From assembly GCA_963701295.1 (NCBI GenBank), contig OY969585.1, forward strand, positions 2,432,001-2,496,000: DNA of 64,000 nucleotides, written 5' to 3'. The notes below the pieces were generated by a model. The model saw only the letters and a program-made list of their open reading frames with translations. It had not been told where the DNA came from and did no database searches. The DNA comes from Ignavibacteriota bacterium (lineage in GTDB: Bacteria; Bacteroidota; Ignavibacteria; UBA10030). Both the position numbers and the translations under genes were made by a program. Of this stretch, positions 32,712 to 42,655 are shown piece by piece (the first letter of the stretch is position 1; each line of letters starts with the position of its first letter).

Positions 32712-32827
32712 TTTGGCTGCAGACCTAGCAGTCTCTCAAATAATTTATTCATGTTAGGCTGCAATATGCAGTCTAACACTCAAAAAAGCGTATTAGGCTG
32801 CGGTATGCAGTCTAATCAGAGTTAGGC
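32712..32827 (+). other. Candidate attI site
   Basis: Simple site GTCTAAT-CAGA-GTTAGGC (crossover G|TT at 32821) preceded by palindromic direct repeats at 32712, 32753 and 32792; no attC arm upstream. Confidence 0.7.
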
Positions 32828-32845
32828 CGCAAACGGGAGGAATCA

Positions 32846-33415
32846 ATGAGGTCAACTATAACATTTCTTCTGATTTTCTCACTGCTAGTATTATCGCGAG
32901 CCACTAGCCAAGATTCGCTTGATAATCAATGGAAAGTTGCAGAGCGTCAAATCAAACGTTTGTCTCCATCAGCATTTGAGAAATTGCCCATTACCATAGT
33001 GGAGGAACTAATAAAAGACGATTACACTATTCCACAATGTTCTGAGCATCCTGACCCTCACAATGTAATTTCTGGTGAATTCAAAGTTAGCGGTAAAAAA
33101 GATTGGGCGGTTTTAGCTTCAAAGGATGGTGTGTCATCTATAATCATTTTTTGGGGTGGTGTAGCAAAAGATACCACACACCTACTTGCAGAGAGAGATA
33201 TTGGCTATCTTCAAGGTGGAGAGCATGAAATCGAATACTCTCGTTTGATAGAAGTCGTAGGTAAGGTCGAGATATCTAAAAACAAAAATATTTTGAATGA
33301 CTGCTCGACGATATTAATTGACCATGACGGAATCGAAAATTATTTTTGGAATAAGGCGTCTGCCATTTATTATCTCCATCAATGCAAATGGCTTGAATTC
33401 TTTGGGTCAGACTAA
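32846..33415 (+). CDS. Cassette: secreted hypothetical protein
   Basis: GGAGG RBS, signal peptide, followed by attC. Confidence 0.8.
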   Translation: MRSTITFLLIFSLLVLSRATSQDSLDNQWKVAERQIKRLSPSAFEKLPITIVEELIKDDYTIPQCSEHPDPHNVISGEFKVSGKKDWAVLASKDGVSSIIIFWGGVAKDTTHLLAERDIGYLQGGEHEIEYSRLIEVVGKVEISKNKNILNDCSTILIDHDGIENYFWNKASAIYYLHQCKWLEFFGSD

Positions 33416-33429
33416 ATTATCTGTTTGCG

Positions 33430-33587
33430 CCCTAACCAGCGGCTCAAGCTGACCGGATGAGCGTGGGAGCAATTTACATTGCGTGTAGAGGTTTTGTGCT
33501 TAATAATTTAATTGGTAGTGTGAACCTATTTTCTTGGGTGCATTACGAAACTATTCAACGCGGCAGCTTAGCCGCAGTCCGTTAGCC
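33430..33587 (+). repeat. attC 1
   Basis: CCCTAAC...GTTAGCC with pairing L boxes. Confidence 0.9.
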
Positions 33588-33629
33588 AGCGCAAACTTAT
33601 TACAGACATCAAATTAAATGGAGGTAATT

Positions 33630-34190
33630 ATGAAAACATTTATTATGGCATGTTTTGTATTAGCTTTTTCGGGTTGCAATTTTAAGAGTGATTATAAATT
33701 AATCACTTCACAGAATGGCAGAGTTTATAGAATCGATAAATCTTCTGGAGAAGTCAGCTTAGTCGAAGGATTCACAATTACCAAGCTTCAAGAACCAAAA
33801 ACTGAAGAAGAGTCCAAACAGGAGGAATTAAAACTATTCAAGGCAATTACGTGGCCTACAATCAAATTGCCCGGAACGACTATCACTCTTGTGTTAAGAA
33901 CAATTTGGAGGGAGGGCAATATTTATTATCAATTGAATGCCTCTCCCTATGAGGGAGATTTACAGCGTTCTGCAGAATCTTATCTATCAAGCAGTAGCTA
34001 CTTTTCAATAGAAATGCGTGATAAAGACGGTTTTATTCTTCTCAGAGTCCCAATATCAATTTCACGAATGAGTGGAATTGTTGATAATAATGGGAAGCGT
34101 GAGAGTATGGAAGCAAATGATAAAATTGAATGTACATCAGGAAAATATCTATCTTTTGTAGGTTGGAATTCGGGTTACTTCCTTAAATAA
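33630..34190 (+). CDS. Cassette: hypothetical lipoprotein
   Basis: GGAGG RBS; lipobox FSGC. Confidence 0.8.
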   Translation: MKTFIMACFVLAFSGCNFKSDYKLITSQNGRVYRIDKSSGEVSLVEGFTITKLQEPKTEEESKQEELKLFKAITWPTIKLPGTTITLVLRTIWREGNIYYQLNASPYEGDLQRSAESYLSSSSYFSIEMRDKDGFILLRVPISISRMSGIVDNNGKRESMEANDKIECTSGKYLSFVGWNSGYFLK

Positions 34191-34204
34191 ATTTTTTTTG
34201 CGCT

Positions 34205-34362
34205 GGCTAACCAGCAACTCAAGTTAACGAAATAAGTGTGGGTACATTAAGCATGGCTCGAAACGGTTTAGTATATTTTGAAGACTTTCAACTTGAAACT
34301 CGTTTCTTTTTCGACAAACTTGAAAGTTATCAGTGCGGCAGCTTAGTTGTCATCCGTTAGCC
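34205..34362 (+). repeat. attC 2
   Basis: GGCTAAC...GTTAGCC. Confidence 0.9.
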
Positions 34363-34390
34363 ATTGCGTTAGAATTCGACGAGATAAACA

Positions 34391-35041
34391 ATGATTAAAC
34401 AAAACACCTTTAAAAGAGCGGTGAGTCAGTTCAGCAAACTCGAAAAGCGATCAAATTTTTTCGCGCTAGCAAGCAATCTAATCCATAATAGCTTCGATGT
34501 GGAGGGTTACATCTTACTCTTAGCGACTTGGAATTTTGCTCTCTTTCGATACGCAGTGAAACAATTTGATATTGAGAAGTTCAAAAACTCACTCATTTCA
34601 TTAAAAGTCCCGTTTAGTAGACTTGAAAGCCTCAAAATCGAATCAGCCGATTTGGATAAATACGCGGCAGATATTAAAATAATCTTTACATCCCTTTCCA
34701 AAATCGAAGGCGTAAAGTTTACTGGTGCACCGAAATTGATGCATCTAAAAAATCCAGATTTATTCGTTATGTGGGACGAGTACATCAGAGGTGGAAAACC
34801 TAAAAAATATTATGACAATCTTGATATCGTAAAAACTGGTCAATGTGTTATTGAGAAATATGAAAAGGATGCAAACGGTTATTTTCATTTTCTTAAAGAC
34901 ATGCAATGCCGTTTTTCTCATCTTAGTTCACCATCGAAAATGAAGACAATGGCTAAAGCGATTGATGAGTTCAATTATGTAACAATTACTTTGCCAATCC
35001 AAAAAGCAATAAAGACTGTAAAACAATCTGGCGCTGGCTAA
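34391..35041 (+). CDS. Cassette: hypothetical protein, HhH-glycosylase-like motif
   Basis: GVKFTGAPKLMHLKNPDLFVMWD; stop codon lies in R''. Confidence 0.7.
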   Translation: MIKQNTFKRAVSQFSKLEKRSNFFALASNLIHNSFDVEGYILLLATWNFALFRYAVKQFDIEKFKNSLISLKVPFSRLESLKIESADLDKYAADIKIIFTSLSKIEGVKFTGAPKLMHLKNPDLFVMWDEYIRGGKPKKYYDNLDIVKTGQCVIEKYEKDANGYFHFLKDMQCRFSHLSSPSKMKTMAKAIDEFNYVTITLPIQKAIKTVKQSGAG

Positions 35042-35232
35042 CCAGCGGCTCAAGCTGACCGGATGAGCCGAGATACGTTAAGCATGGCGTGCGGTGGGTT
35101 TAAGTTTTTATAATTAACTTTTCAGTACCTCGTTGGTTGAGTATAAATAAATTTAGTTATCAGCATGAACTTGTTTTGTTATAAGCAATTTGAAACTTAT
35201 CAGCGCCGCAGCTTAGCGCCGTTCCGTTAGGG
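35036..35232 (+). repeat. attC 3
   Basis: GGCTAAC...GTTAGGG. Confidence 0.9.
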
Positions 35233-35257
35233 CGCGCAAAACGAAAAAAATAAATAT

Positions 35258-35812
35258 ATGATAAAATATTTAATTGTGTTGCTAGCATTTGTTCCAGCCT
35301 TTTTAATGGGACAGGTGGACAAATCCGATAGTTCAGGATCAAATGTTACAGATCAACAAGCTCAAATTAATATATACAAATTGAATGTTGGTTCAGGGTT
35401 TAGTTCAAAGAATCTTTTAGTATTTTTGTCATCTCTGATGTACAATGATGAGAATAGTTGTTATATACTTCGATATAGTTACTCAACAGAATTCAATTTC
35501 TTTGGTCCCATTCCAGATGAGACAACATGGGATATTGGTCTATTATATGGGTGGAGTTCAAGATATTTTGCGTTTGGAATTGGACTAAGTTATGTCAATT
35601 TGACCCAAAGAGGCGTTTTATTGCATAATTTATTTTTTGGCGGTGAATACCAGAAAATCACATTAGAAAGAGTTGGTGTGCCTATTCAAATTGAATTATC
35701 TGGTCCATTGTTTCCATTCCTTGGTGGTGCAATAATAGCATTCGCAAATTTAAATACGGTGAATAGTTACGTAGGATTAGTTGCTGCGATAGAAATTGGA
35801 AAATTAAAGTAG
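35258..35812 (+). CDS. Cassette: probable small outer-membrane beta-barrel protein
   Basis: Signal peptide, alternating beta-strand pattern. Confidence 0.65.
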   Translation: MIKYLIVLLAFVPAFLMGQVDKSDSSGSNVTDQQAQINIYKLNVGSGFSSKNLLVFLSSLMYNDENSCYILRYSYSTEFNFFGPIPDETTWDIGLLYGWSSRYFAFGIGLSYVNLTQRGVLLHNLFFGGEYQKITLERVGVPIQIELSGPLFPFLGGAIIAFANLNTVNSYVGLVAAIEIGKLK

Positions 35813-35828
35813 CATTCTTTTTTGTGCG

Positions 35829-36025
35829 CCCTAACCAGGCGCTCAAGCTGACGGAATAAGCGTGGGTGCGTTACGCATGGCTGGTGGTGGTTTTAGGTTT
35901 TTATAATTTACTTTTCAGTACTTCGTTGGTTGATTGCAGATTAATTTGGTTATCAGCATGAACTCATTTCGTTGGGTGCAAATTGAAAGTTGGTCATGCC
36001 GCAGCTTAGCGCCCATCCGTTAGCT
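35829..36025 (+). repeat. attC 4
   Basis: CCCTAAC...GTTAGCT. Confidence 0.9.
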
Positions 36026-36047
36026 GGCGCGCTCAGGAGTTAGTTTT

Positions 36048-36665
36048 ATGATTACCAAACATAACAACAAAATTACTCTACTTTTTGCTGCTATATTGCT
36101 TACTATTGTTGCAGTGAATTGTGACCATTCGACTCAACCTAAAGACGAAGTGGGCGATATCCTTCCTTTGAAAGTTGGTAATTCCTGGAATTACACAAGA
36201 ACATGGACAAGATTAGATAGTGTTGTAGTAGATTCTGTTACCATGGTAGTCCGTTCACGCGATACTGTATTAGGTGTCTCTGGTTATAATGTCGATAATT
36301 TGATTATAGGCCCAATTATCTTTTTAGAAATGTACATGCTTGACAATAGATCTGATGGACTTTACTATGTTTTATGGGCGCTTACCGAACCTCCCTCTAT
36401 ACCAAGTTTATCAAAAGCGTTACCTTTTCCAACCCATCTTGGCGAGGTGATCTCTTTTCACGGATATACTATTACAACAGAATCCATTAGTGACCAAATT
36501 ATGGTACCGGCAGGGACTTATAATTGTGTCAAGTATGTAGCAAGGACTGACTCAATTGTTATTGGAACAATATGGAGCAAGCCTAATCTCGGACTTGTTC
36601 GAACTTGGGCGAAATACGGATTAATTGAATACACGCATCAGCTCAATTCATACTCATTAAAATAG
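36048..36665 (+). CDS. Cassette: hypothetical lipoprotein
   Basis: Lipobox AVNC; PLKVGNSWNY and VPAGTY.C motifs. Confidence 0.8.
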   Translation: MITKHNNKITLLFAAILLTIVAVNCDHSTQPKDEVGDILPLKVGNSWNYTRTWTRLDSVVVDSVTMVVRSRDTVLGVSGYNVDNLIIGPIIFLEMYMLDNRSDGLYYVLWALTEPPSIPSLSKALPFPTHLGEVISFHGYTITTESISDQIMVPAGTYNCVKYVARTDSIVIGTIWSKPNLGLVRTWAKYGLIEYTHQLNSYSLK

Positions 36666-36672
36666 GCGCGCC

Positions 36673-36869
36673 AGCTAACCAGGCGCTCAAGCTGACGGAA
36701 TGAGCGTATGGACGTTAAGCATGGCGTGTGGTGGGTTTAAGTTTTTATTATTAACTTTTCAGTACCTCTTTGGTTGGGAGTAAATTAATTTGGTTATCAG
36801 CATAAACTTGTTTCGTTATCAGTATGTTGAAAATATTCAGCGCCGCAGCTTAGCGCCGGTCCGTTAGGC
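36673..36869 (+). repeat. attC 5
   Basis: AGCTAAC...GTTAGGC. Confidence 0.9.
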
Positions 36870-36881
36870 AGCCAAAATAAA

Positions 36882-37391
36882 ATGACTCCTGCACAAAAAA
36901 CGCCTTTTCTCATTCTTTTTAATGCATCTATGATATTGAGATCGGTCAGCAAAAGTAAATCGTTGGGTAAAAAGTTATCTGAAAACTATAAGAATAGAAA
37001 AATTAGAATATTTAGAAAAGAGACTTTCAGTGAATTTAAGAAACTTATTAAGAAAATCGATAAGAACAATTTAGAGCAAAAACACATACACGATTCTATT
37101 AAATGCATAAGTAAGAACAGTCATACTTCTTTTGGCCAAGCTCAAAAAGGGTTAAATGTACTTTTAAAGTATTACTGTCATTTGATTTACCATAACAAAA
37201 GAAAAAGAATTGTGAAAGAATTGGATTGCCCTCTTGATAGTTTTATCTTGAAAGAGTTGCATCAATCGATATTCTTAAATCATATGAACGAAGAAATGTA
37301 TATGGCGATCCAAAAAAGCATTCCCACAGCCTCTCGAATAGTATTTGACTATAGATGGGATAAGAAGAAAATCATAGAAGCTAAAATATAA
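36882..37391 (+). CDS. Cassette gene 1 of 2: basic hypothetical protein
   Basis: SFGQAQKGLNVLLKYY...CPLDS motif. Confidence 0.7.
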   Translation: MTPAQKTPFLILFNASMILRSVSKSKSLGKKLSENYKNRKIRIFRKETFSEFKKLIKKIDKNNLEQKHIHDSIKCISKNSHTSFGQAQKGLNVLLKYYCHLIYHNKRKRIVKELDCPLDSFILKELHQSIFLNHMNEEMYMAIQKSIPTASRIVFDYRWDKKKIIEAKI

Positions 37392-37411
37392 TTTCTATAA
37401 GGAAGGAAACT

Positions 37412-37921
37412 ATGAAAAACAAATATGGTTGTCGCCTATTTTCACTTTTTATCCTATTTATCCTTTTTTCTTTCCAGTCTAGATCCCAGCTTATTGATTC
37501 TCATTATTTAGGAAAATTGAAATATGGCATGAGTTTAATTGATGTCTCCAATCTTGATATTCAATTTTCTAATATTACTGGCGAGGGGCAAGAGAATGGA
37601 ACTGCAAAGATTCAGATCGTAACTGTGGATGTATATGACGGAGCAACCCTTTATCTAAAACATGAAAAGATTGACCATGTCGGTATAACATTCAGCTGGT
37701 GTAACTGCAGACCATATTTACCTGATGCTGTATCACCTCTTCTTTCTGAAGATTGCAAGAGAACTTTATCCAAAGTTGAAAATTATCTTACTTCTATATA
37801 TGGTAAACCTAAGATTAATAGTAATTTTGGTGTTAATAAAACATGGCTATCGTCAACTTCGAAAATTGAACTTGTCGTTAATGATGCAATGATAAATTTA
37901 TTTTTCAGCAAGCGAAAATGA
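37412..37921 (+). CDS. Cassette gene 2 of 2: secreted hypothetical protein
   Basis: RBS and signal peptide. Confidence 0.7.
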   Translation: MKNKYGCRLFSLFILFILFSFQSRSQLIDSHYLGKLKYGMSLIDVSNLDIQFSNITGEGQENGTAKIQIVTVDVYDGATLYLKHEKIDHVGITFSWCNCRPYLPDAVSPLLSEDCKRTLSKVENYLTSIYGKPKINSNFGVNKTWLSSTSKIELVVNDAMINLFFSKRK

Positions 37922-37955
37922 TGTATATAAAAATATTTATAATAAGATTTTGGCT

Positions 37956-38112
37956 GCCTAACCAGGCGCTCAAGCTGACGGAATGAGCTGGGAGCAATCA
38001 ACATGGCTAACAGAGGTTTTGTGTTTAATAATTCATTTGGTAGCGTGAACCTGTTTCGTTTAGTGCATATTGAAAATTATCAGCGCCGCAGCTTAGCGCC
38101 GGTCCGTTAGGT
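37956..38112 (+). repeat. attC 6
   Basis: GCCTAAC...GTTAGGT. Confidence 0.9.
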
Positions 38113-38161
38113 GGCGCATTTCCATTCAACCATTTTCTTTAAAATTAATTTAGAGAATACG

Positions 38162-38962
38162 ATGCTTTCTCAGGAAGATATCAGACAACAGTATCATAAA
38201 GGTGACCCTTATCTTAAATTTGATGGGGTAGCCAACGACAAAACTCCTAGAGAGCTACTTCCTTTAATTGATCTTATTCGCAAGGAAAGTGAATGGCGAA
38301 AAACACCATTAAGGATACGAAAAGATAATAATGGTCGTTATAAACCAATATTCATAAACGGTCTTTGCTTCGGTTTCGATGTTTTGGTAAGAGCAGATGA
38401 TGCCCAAATTAGAGCAATTGAGACTGGAAAAAAATGTACACATTATCCTTCAGGCGTTTACCCTTTAATAGTTCAAGGTTGTAACTATAACGATTTCGCA
38501 TTTCTGTCGACTGATGTGATTTCATACTGTGAAGCTAAAAAAGAATTAAATAATAACAACTATAATGAAGCTCTTTCTCAAATAAGAAATGCGTTTGAAT
38601 TAAAACCTCAAGAATCTCTTTATGCAACTCTCTTCTTTGAGATTCGACTCGAGATGAAAGATGAATTGTCAATTGATGAAGAATTAAAATATTTTGAAAA
38701 TGATATTGATTCAACTATTCATTCTGGCAGGGTATACAAATGGATACGATTTTTGGTTCAACAAAAGAAAGATGATAAGGCGTTACAACTGATTCAATTG
38801 ATCAATCGACTCCTTGATGAACAAATATTAGGTAAAAGAAAAAGCAAAATTTATGGTAGCCAAAAATCTAGTTGGTACAGTTACAAGAAAGAACAATTCA
38901 ACAAGAAAATAGAAAAAACAAAATTAAAACTCGAAACAAATTTGGTTTCAACAAAGAAATAA
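38162..38962 (+). CDS. Cassette gene 1 of 2: hypothetical protein with TPR-like C-terminal half
   Basis: YNEALSQIRNAFELKP helical repeat. Confidence 0.65.
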   Translation: MLSQEDIRQQYHKGDPYLKFDGVANDKTPRELLPLIDLIRKESEWRKTPLRIRKDNNGRYKPIFINGLCFGFDVLVRADDAQIRAIETGKKCTHYPSGVYPLIVQGCNYNDFAFLSTDVISYCEAKKELNNNNYNEALSQIRNAFELKPQESLYATLFFEIRLEMKDELSIDEELKYFENDIDSTIHSGRVYKWIRFLVQQKKDDKALQLIQLINRLLDEQILGKRKSKIYGSQKSSWYSYKKEQFNKKIEKTKLKLETNLVSTKK

Positions 38963-38969
38963 TCACAAA

Positions 38970-39473
38970 ATGGAACAACTAGAACGTACACGCAGATATC
39001 TGAAGCGATTGAGGGAGATTTATAACCAAGTTCCTTATATAACAGATACCCGTGAATATTATATTGATGATGTTTATTCCTTCTTCATACATTGTTATCA
39101 TATTAGAGATTGGATTATTCACCTAAATCTTCTTGGTTTAGGCGAGAAAGATGTAGATGCATTTATTAATGAACACAATGAATTACGAATATGTGCGGAT
39201 CTATGTAATGGAACAAAACATTGTGAGTTGAAACGTAAATTAAGAACTAGTCGGCAACCGCATTTAGCCAGTTGGACATTTTCTTCTGACGGCATGAACG
39301 ATAAAATGGAAACCACGAAAGGAAAGTTTTGTATTCTTTCAGGAGATAAATTTTATGATGCGTTAGAACTTGCAGAGAGTTGCATGAAACTTTGGGACGA
39401 ATATATCAGCGAGCTTTACAAAAGTGCTGAAAAAAATGCGCCACCTAACCAAGCGCTCAAGCTGACGGAATGA
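38970..39473 (+). CDS. Cassette gene 2 of 2: HEPN-like protein
   Basis: FFIHCYHIRDW and RICADLCNGTKH motifs; reads into the attC. Confidence 0.6.
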   Translation: MEQLERTRRYLKRLREIYNQVPYITDTREYYIDDVYSFFIHCYHIRDWIIHLNLLGLGEKDVDAFINEHNELRICADLCNGTKHCELKRKLRTSRQPHLASWTFSSDGMNDKMETTKGKFCILSGDKFYDALELAESCMKLWDEYISELYKSAEKNAPPNQALKLTE

Positions 39474-39637
39474 GCTGAGTGCGAAATTCATGGCTAATGG
39501 TGGGTTGACGTTTTTATTATTCAGTTTTTAGTACCTATAACTTTGATACTTATCAATTTGGTTATCAGCATGAACTTGTTTCGTTTTGTATATATTGAAA
39601 CTTATCAGCGCCGCAGCTTAGCGCCAGTCCGTTAGGC
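39443..39637 (+). repeat. attC 7
   Basis: ACCTAAC...GTTAGGC. Confidence 0.9.
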
Positions 39638-39660
39638 AGTGCACAGAAGGGATTCCTTTT

Positions 39661-40224
39661 ATGGAAGTTAATAAAGAACAAAATATTCCGAGAAGCTTTA
39701 AAAGCTTTCTCATAAAAAATCTCGACCGTGCTACAAATGCTGTCGGAATACTTACAATTCTTTCAACCATTGCTATCTTTGGATTATCGATGCTCGTTTT
39801 TGGATTGAACTATTCTACATGGATCACCGTTTTATATTTTGGCATATCGGGGACATGTGAGGTATTTCATATTCAAAAAAAGTCCGATCTTTACAAGAGA
39901 ATGCAAACAATCTCTGACAGTGACGATCTCATTCACAATATAGCTTCTGCAAAAAGAGTTGGCGATCCCAAAATAATTGAACAGATCAAATACGCCGGAT
40001 TTTTGTTTAATGCAATCGGTTTCGAGAAATTGCCAATTTCTGTTGGAATATCTCGCCCATTGTGTCCCAAGTGTAATCGCCCTGTTGTTATGGATGCGAA
40101 GGTAAAGTTTCCTGGACGCATTAAAATTAAATATTTCTGCATTTGCGGCTATGAAAAGTTTAGCGACAAAACTGAAAACGAATTGCGTGATCAGGTAGCA
40201 AGAGGATTGAATGCGCCTTCTTAG
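39661..40224 (+). CDS. Cassette gene 1 of 2: 2-TM protein with C-terminal Zn ribbon
   Basis: Two TM segments; CPKC...CICG. Confidence 0.7.
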   Translation: MEVNKEQNIPRSFKSFLIKNLDRATNAVGILTILSTIAIFGLSMLVFGLNYSTWITVLYFGISGTCEVFHIQKKSDLYKRMQTISDSDDLIHNIASAKRVGDPKIIEQIKYAGFLFNAIGFEKLPISVGISRPLCPKCNRPVVMDAKVKFPGRIKIKYFCICGYEKFSDKTENELRDQVARGLNAPS

Positions 40225-40245
40225 CACAACGCTTAACCAGAAAAA

Positions 40246-40935
40246 ATGGATAAATACATGAAAAAGATAGTAATCATGCTTCTAGTTCTTCACGGAATTC
40301 TTTTCTGTCAGGTTCCATATGTTCGAGAGGGTTCTGTTGGCACAGTCAAAATTAAAACAAAAAAAGAATCTCGCCCCGCGTTTACTTATTTACCACTTAA
40401 GGATTGGATCGGCGAACGATTTATTGTATTGCCTAAACCAAAGACGCTTCAACATAATTATATCGGTCCCTATTTTGGCGAAAAGGATAAGTACAGTGGA
40501 ATTCCTTATCGAATATTAGCGGGTAAAATAGCCACGGCTATTGAAGTAAACGAATACCATTATATCAAATTCAAGATAGAAAAGACCGGGGAAATATTTT
40601 ATGATGACACTTATTTAAGCGTTCATGAGGTTGCGCTCATAGACGATATAGATAGTGCGCGTGCAAGATGGGTCGGCAAAACATTAAAGTTCAAAGGGAA
40701 AGAACTTCATACTTACGATGCAAAAGTTGACAAGGAAGATGTGATCGAAGTTCCACTTCATACACCTGTGAAAGTCGTTGATATTGTTGCAGGTTGGTAT
40801 GACGCTATGCCTGTCAGATTTATTGTGCAATTACCAGACGGAAGAGAAGGATATGTTGATGTCAACATGAGTAATACAAATGTTTCAGATAAATGGTTTG
40901 ATAAAAACCGTTTTTGGTTCTTCTTCTGGGAATAA
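40246..40935 (+). CDS. Cassette gene 2 of 2: secreted hypothetical protein
   Basis: MKKIVIMLLV signal peptide. Confidence 0.75.
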   Translation: MDKYMKKIVIMLLVLHGILFCQVPYVREGSVGTVKIKTKKESRPAFTYLPLKDWIGERFIVLPKPKTLQHNYIGPYFGEKDKYSGIPYRILAGKIATAIEVNEYHYIKFKIEKTGEIFYDDTYLSVHEVALIDDIDSARARWVGKTLKFKGKELHTYDAKVDKEDVIEVPLHTPVKVVDIVAGWYDAMPVRFIVQLPDGREGYVDVNMSNTNVSDKWFDKNRFWFFFWE

Positions 40936-40956
40936 AAATAATACCTGTTGTGCACT

Positions 40957-41151
40957 GCCTAACCAAGCGCTCAAGCTGACGGAATTAGCTGAGGTACGTT
41001 AAGCATGGCTTGCGGTGGGTTTCGTTTTCATTATTCAGTTTTTAGTACCTATAACTTTGATACTTATTAATTTGGTTAACAGCATGAACTTGTTTCGTTA
41101 TCAGAAATATGAAACTTATCAGCGCCGCAGCTTAGCGCCGGTCCGTTAGGG
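40957..41151 (+). repeat. attC 8
   Basis: GCCTAAC...GTTAGGG. Confidence 0.9.
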
Positions 41152-41173
41152 CGCAAACCCAAAGGAGCATTTT

Positions 41174-41692
41174 ATGTCACGAATATTATTCTTTGGAACA
41201 ATTCTTTTTTTAGTGAGCCTATCCTATTCGCAACAACAAAAATATAGTCAAGAGGAATTGTTCACTATTCGTGCAAGTGCTCCACCAAAATTATGGGAGC
41301 TTTTCAATAGCATCGGATTAAATAAGGATTATGAAGTTTATGTTGGCAAACTTAATCCTTTTTATCTTTGGGGCGATTTTGATGGAGACGGAAAAGAAGA
41401 TTTTGTAGTTCAGCTACTTTCCAAAGGAATTCCATCGAATTTGCGAATCGCTGTTTTGCTTGGTGTCGGCAAAGTAATCTTTATTGAACGTGATGATAGC
41501 TTAAGATATCCAGGTCTAACCGCTTGGTATGTTGTTCCAAAAAGTGAAACAATTTCTCAAAGTCCGTACGAAAAAACAAATACTTCACCGAATCTTGTTG
41601 GTGACGGTTTTGAAATTGTAAAGGTTGAATCATCAAGTTCCTTGATCTATTGGAATGGTAGACGCTTTGTTTCGTATTGGCGCGGAGATTAA
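41174..41692 (+). CDS. Cassette: secreted protein with GDFDGDG motif
   Basis: AAGGAG RBS, signal peptide. Confidence 0.8.
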   Translation: MSRILFFGTILFLVSLSYSQQQKYSQEELFTIRASAPPKLWELFNSIGLNKDYEVYVGKLNPFYLWGDFDGDGKEDFVVQLLSKGIPSNLRIAVLLGVGKVIFIERDDSLRYPGLTAWYVVPKSETISQSPYEKTNTSPNLVGDGFEIVKVESSSSLIYWNGRRFVSYWRGD

Positions 41693-41701
41693 AAGTTTGC
41701 G

Positions 41702-41897
41702 CCCTAACCAGGCGCTCAAGCTGACGGAATGAGCGTACTGCAATTTGCATGGCTGATGGTGGGTTTAGGTTTTTATTATTACCTTTTCAGTACCTCGTTG
41801 GTTAGGGATTAATTAATTTGGTTATCAGTGTAAACTTGTTTCGTTTTGTGTATTTTGATAATTATCAGCGCCGCAGCTTAGCGCCAGTCCGTTAGGG
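41702..41897 (+). repeat. attC 9
   Basis: CCCTAAC...GTTAGGG. Confidence 0.9.
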
Positions 41898-41932
41898 CGC
41901 AAGCGTCAAAAACTTAAACGGACAAACATATC

Positions 41933-42331
41933 ATGAAGAAAGAACATACAATCGTCAGAAAGCTTCTTGCAACTCAAAAATGGTCAGAGGAAACCGCACG
42001 TCTAGCCTATCGTGCTCGCTACAAATGCGAGTATTGCGGCTTGGATCTACTTTCTTCTCCAGATATATACAGATTATGGCAAGTAGATCATATCGTTCCA
42101 AAATCTAAAGGCGGTTCAGACGCCATTTCAAATAAAGCCACTGCTTGCATGCCGTGCAACATTTACTTCAAGCGTAAGTGGAATCCAAGAAATAATGTCG
42201 GCCCCAAAGCCACGCGCAAACAATTGATTTTAGCAGTTCAACAATATGTTCGAGAAAAGAAAGCGGAAACAGAGAAAGAACTAATTGAAGTCCATCAAAT
42301 TGTCGGATACAATAAAAAGCTTGCGCCCTAA
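41933..42331 (+). CDS. Cassette: HNH endonuclease
   Basis: CEYCG...VDHIVPKSKGG..N..ACMPCN. Confidence 0.88.
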   Translation: MKKEHTIVRKLLATQKWSEETARLAYRARYKCEYCGLDLLSSPDIYRLWQVDHIVPKSKGGSDAISNKATACMPCNIYFKRKWNPRNNVGPKATRKQLILAVQQYVREKKAETEKELIEVHQIVGYNKKLAP

Positions 42332-42399
42332 CCAGTTTAAAAAGGAAAGAGTCAAGTAAATAATATACTCCCGATGCGTTCCGCGCAATCGGAATGCAG

Positions 42400-42655
42400 A
42401 GTTCTTTAACATTAAGGACGACCGAATCCGTGCCGATGCCGCGTTCTCTATCGAATAGACAGGCGATTACCAGAGCAATGCCGTCCAAACCAGTTTACGG
42501 ATTTACATTCACTCATTGAAGAAACGATGGTGAAAGCGTATCTCGTCGAGCGAGATGTTCCAGATATTACCACGGCACAGCGCACTCTCTTCCCAATCCA
42601 GCGAACGATCCCGACGCAGTCGGGATCAGTTAGGAAAGCGGGCTTGAGAGGCGCG
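42400..42655 (-). ncRNA. Bridge (seek) RNA, copy 1; ends approximate
   Basis: Guide segments matching the attC target (42629-34, 42598-603) and the IS circle junction (42563-72, 42490-97) sit in two stem-closed internal loops. Confidence 0.8.

Noticed and set aside
35829-36025. Hammerhead ribozyme in attC (CTGAC..GA / GAAA)
   Set aside because: Core does not fit CUGANGA and the required stems are missing.
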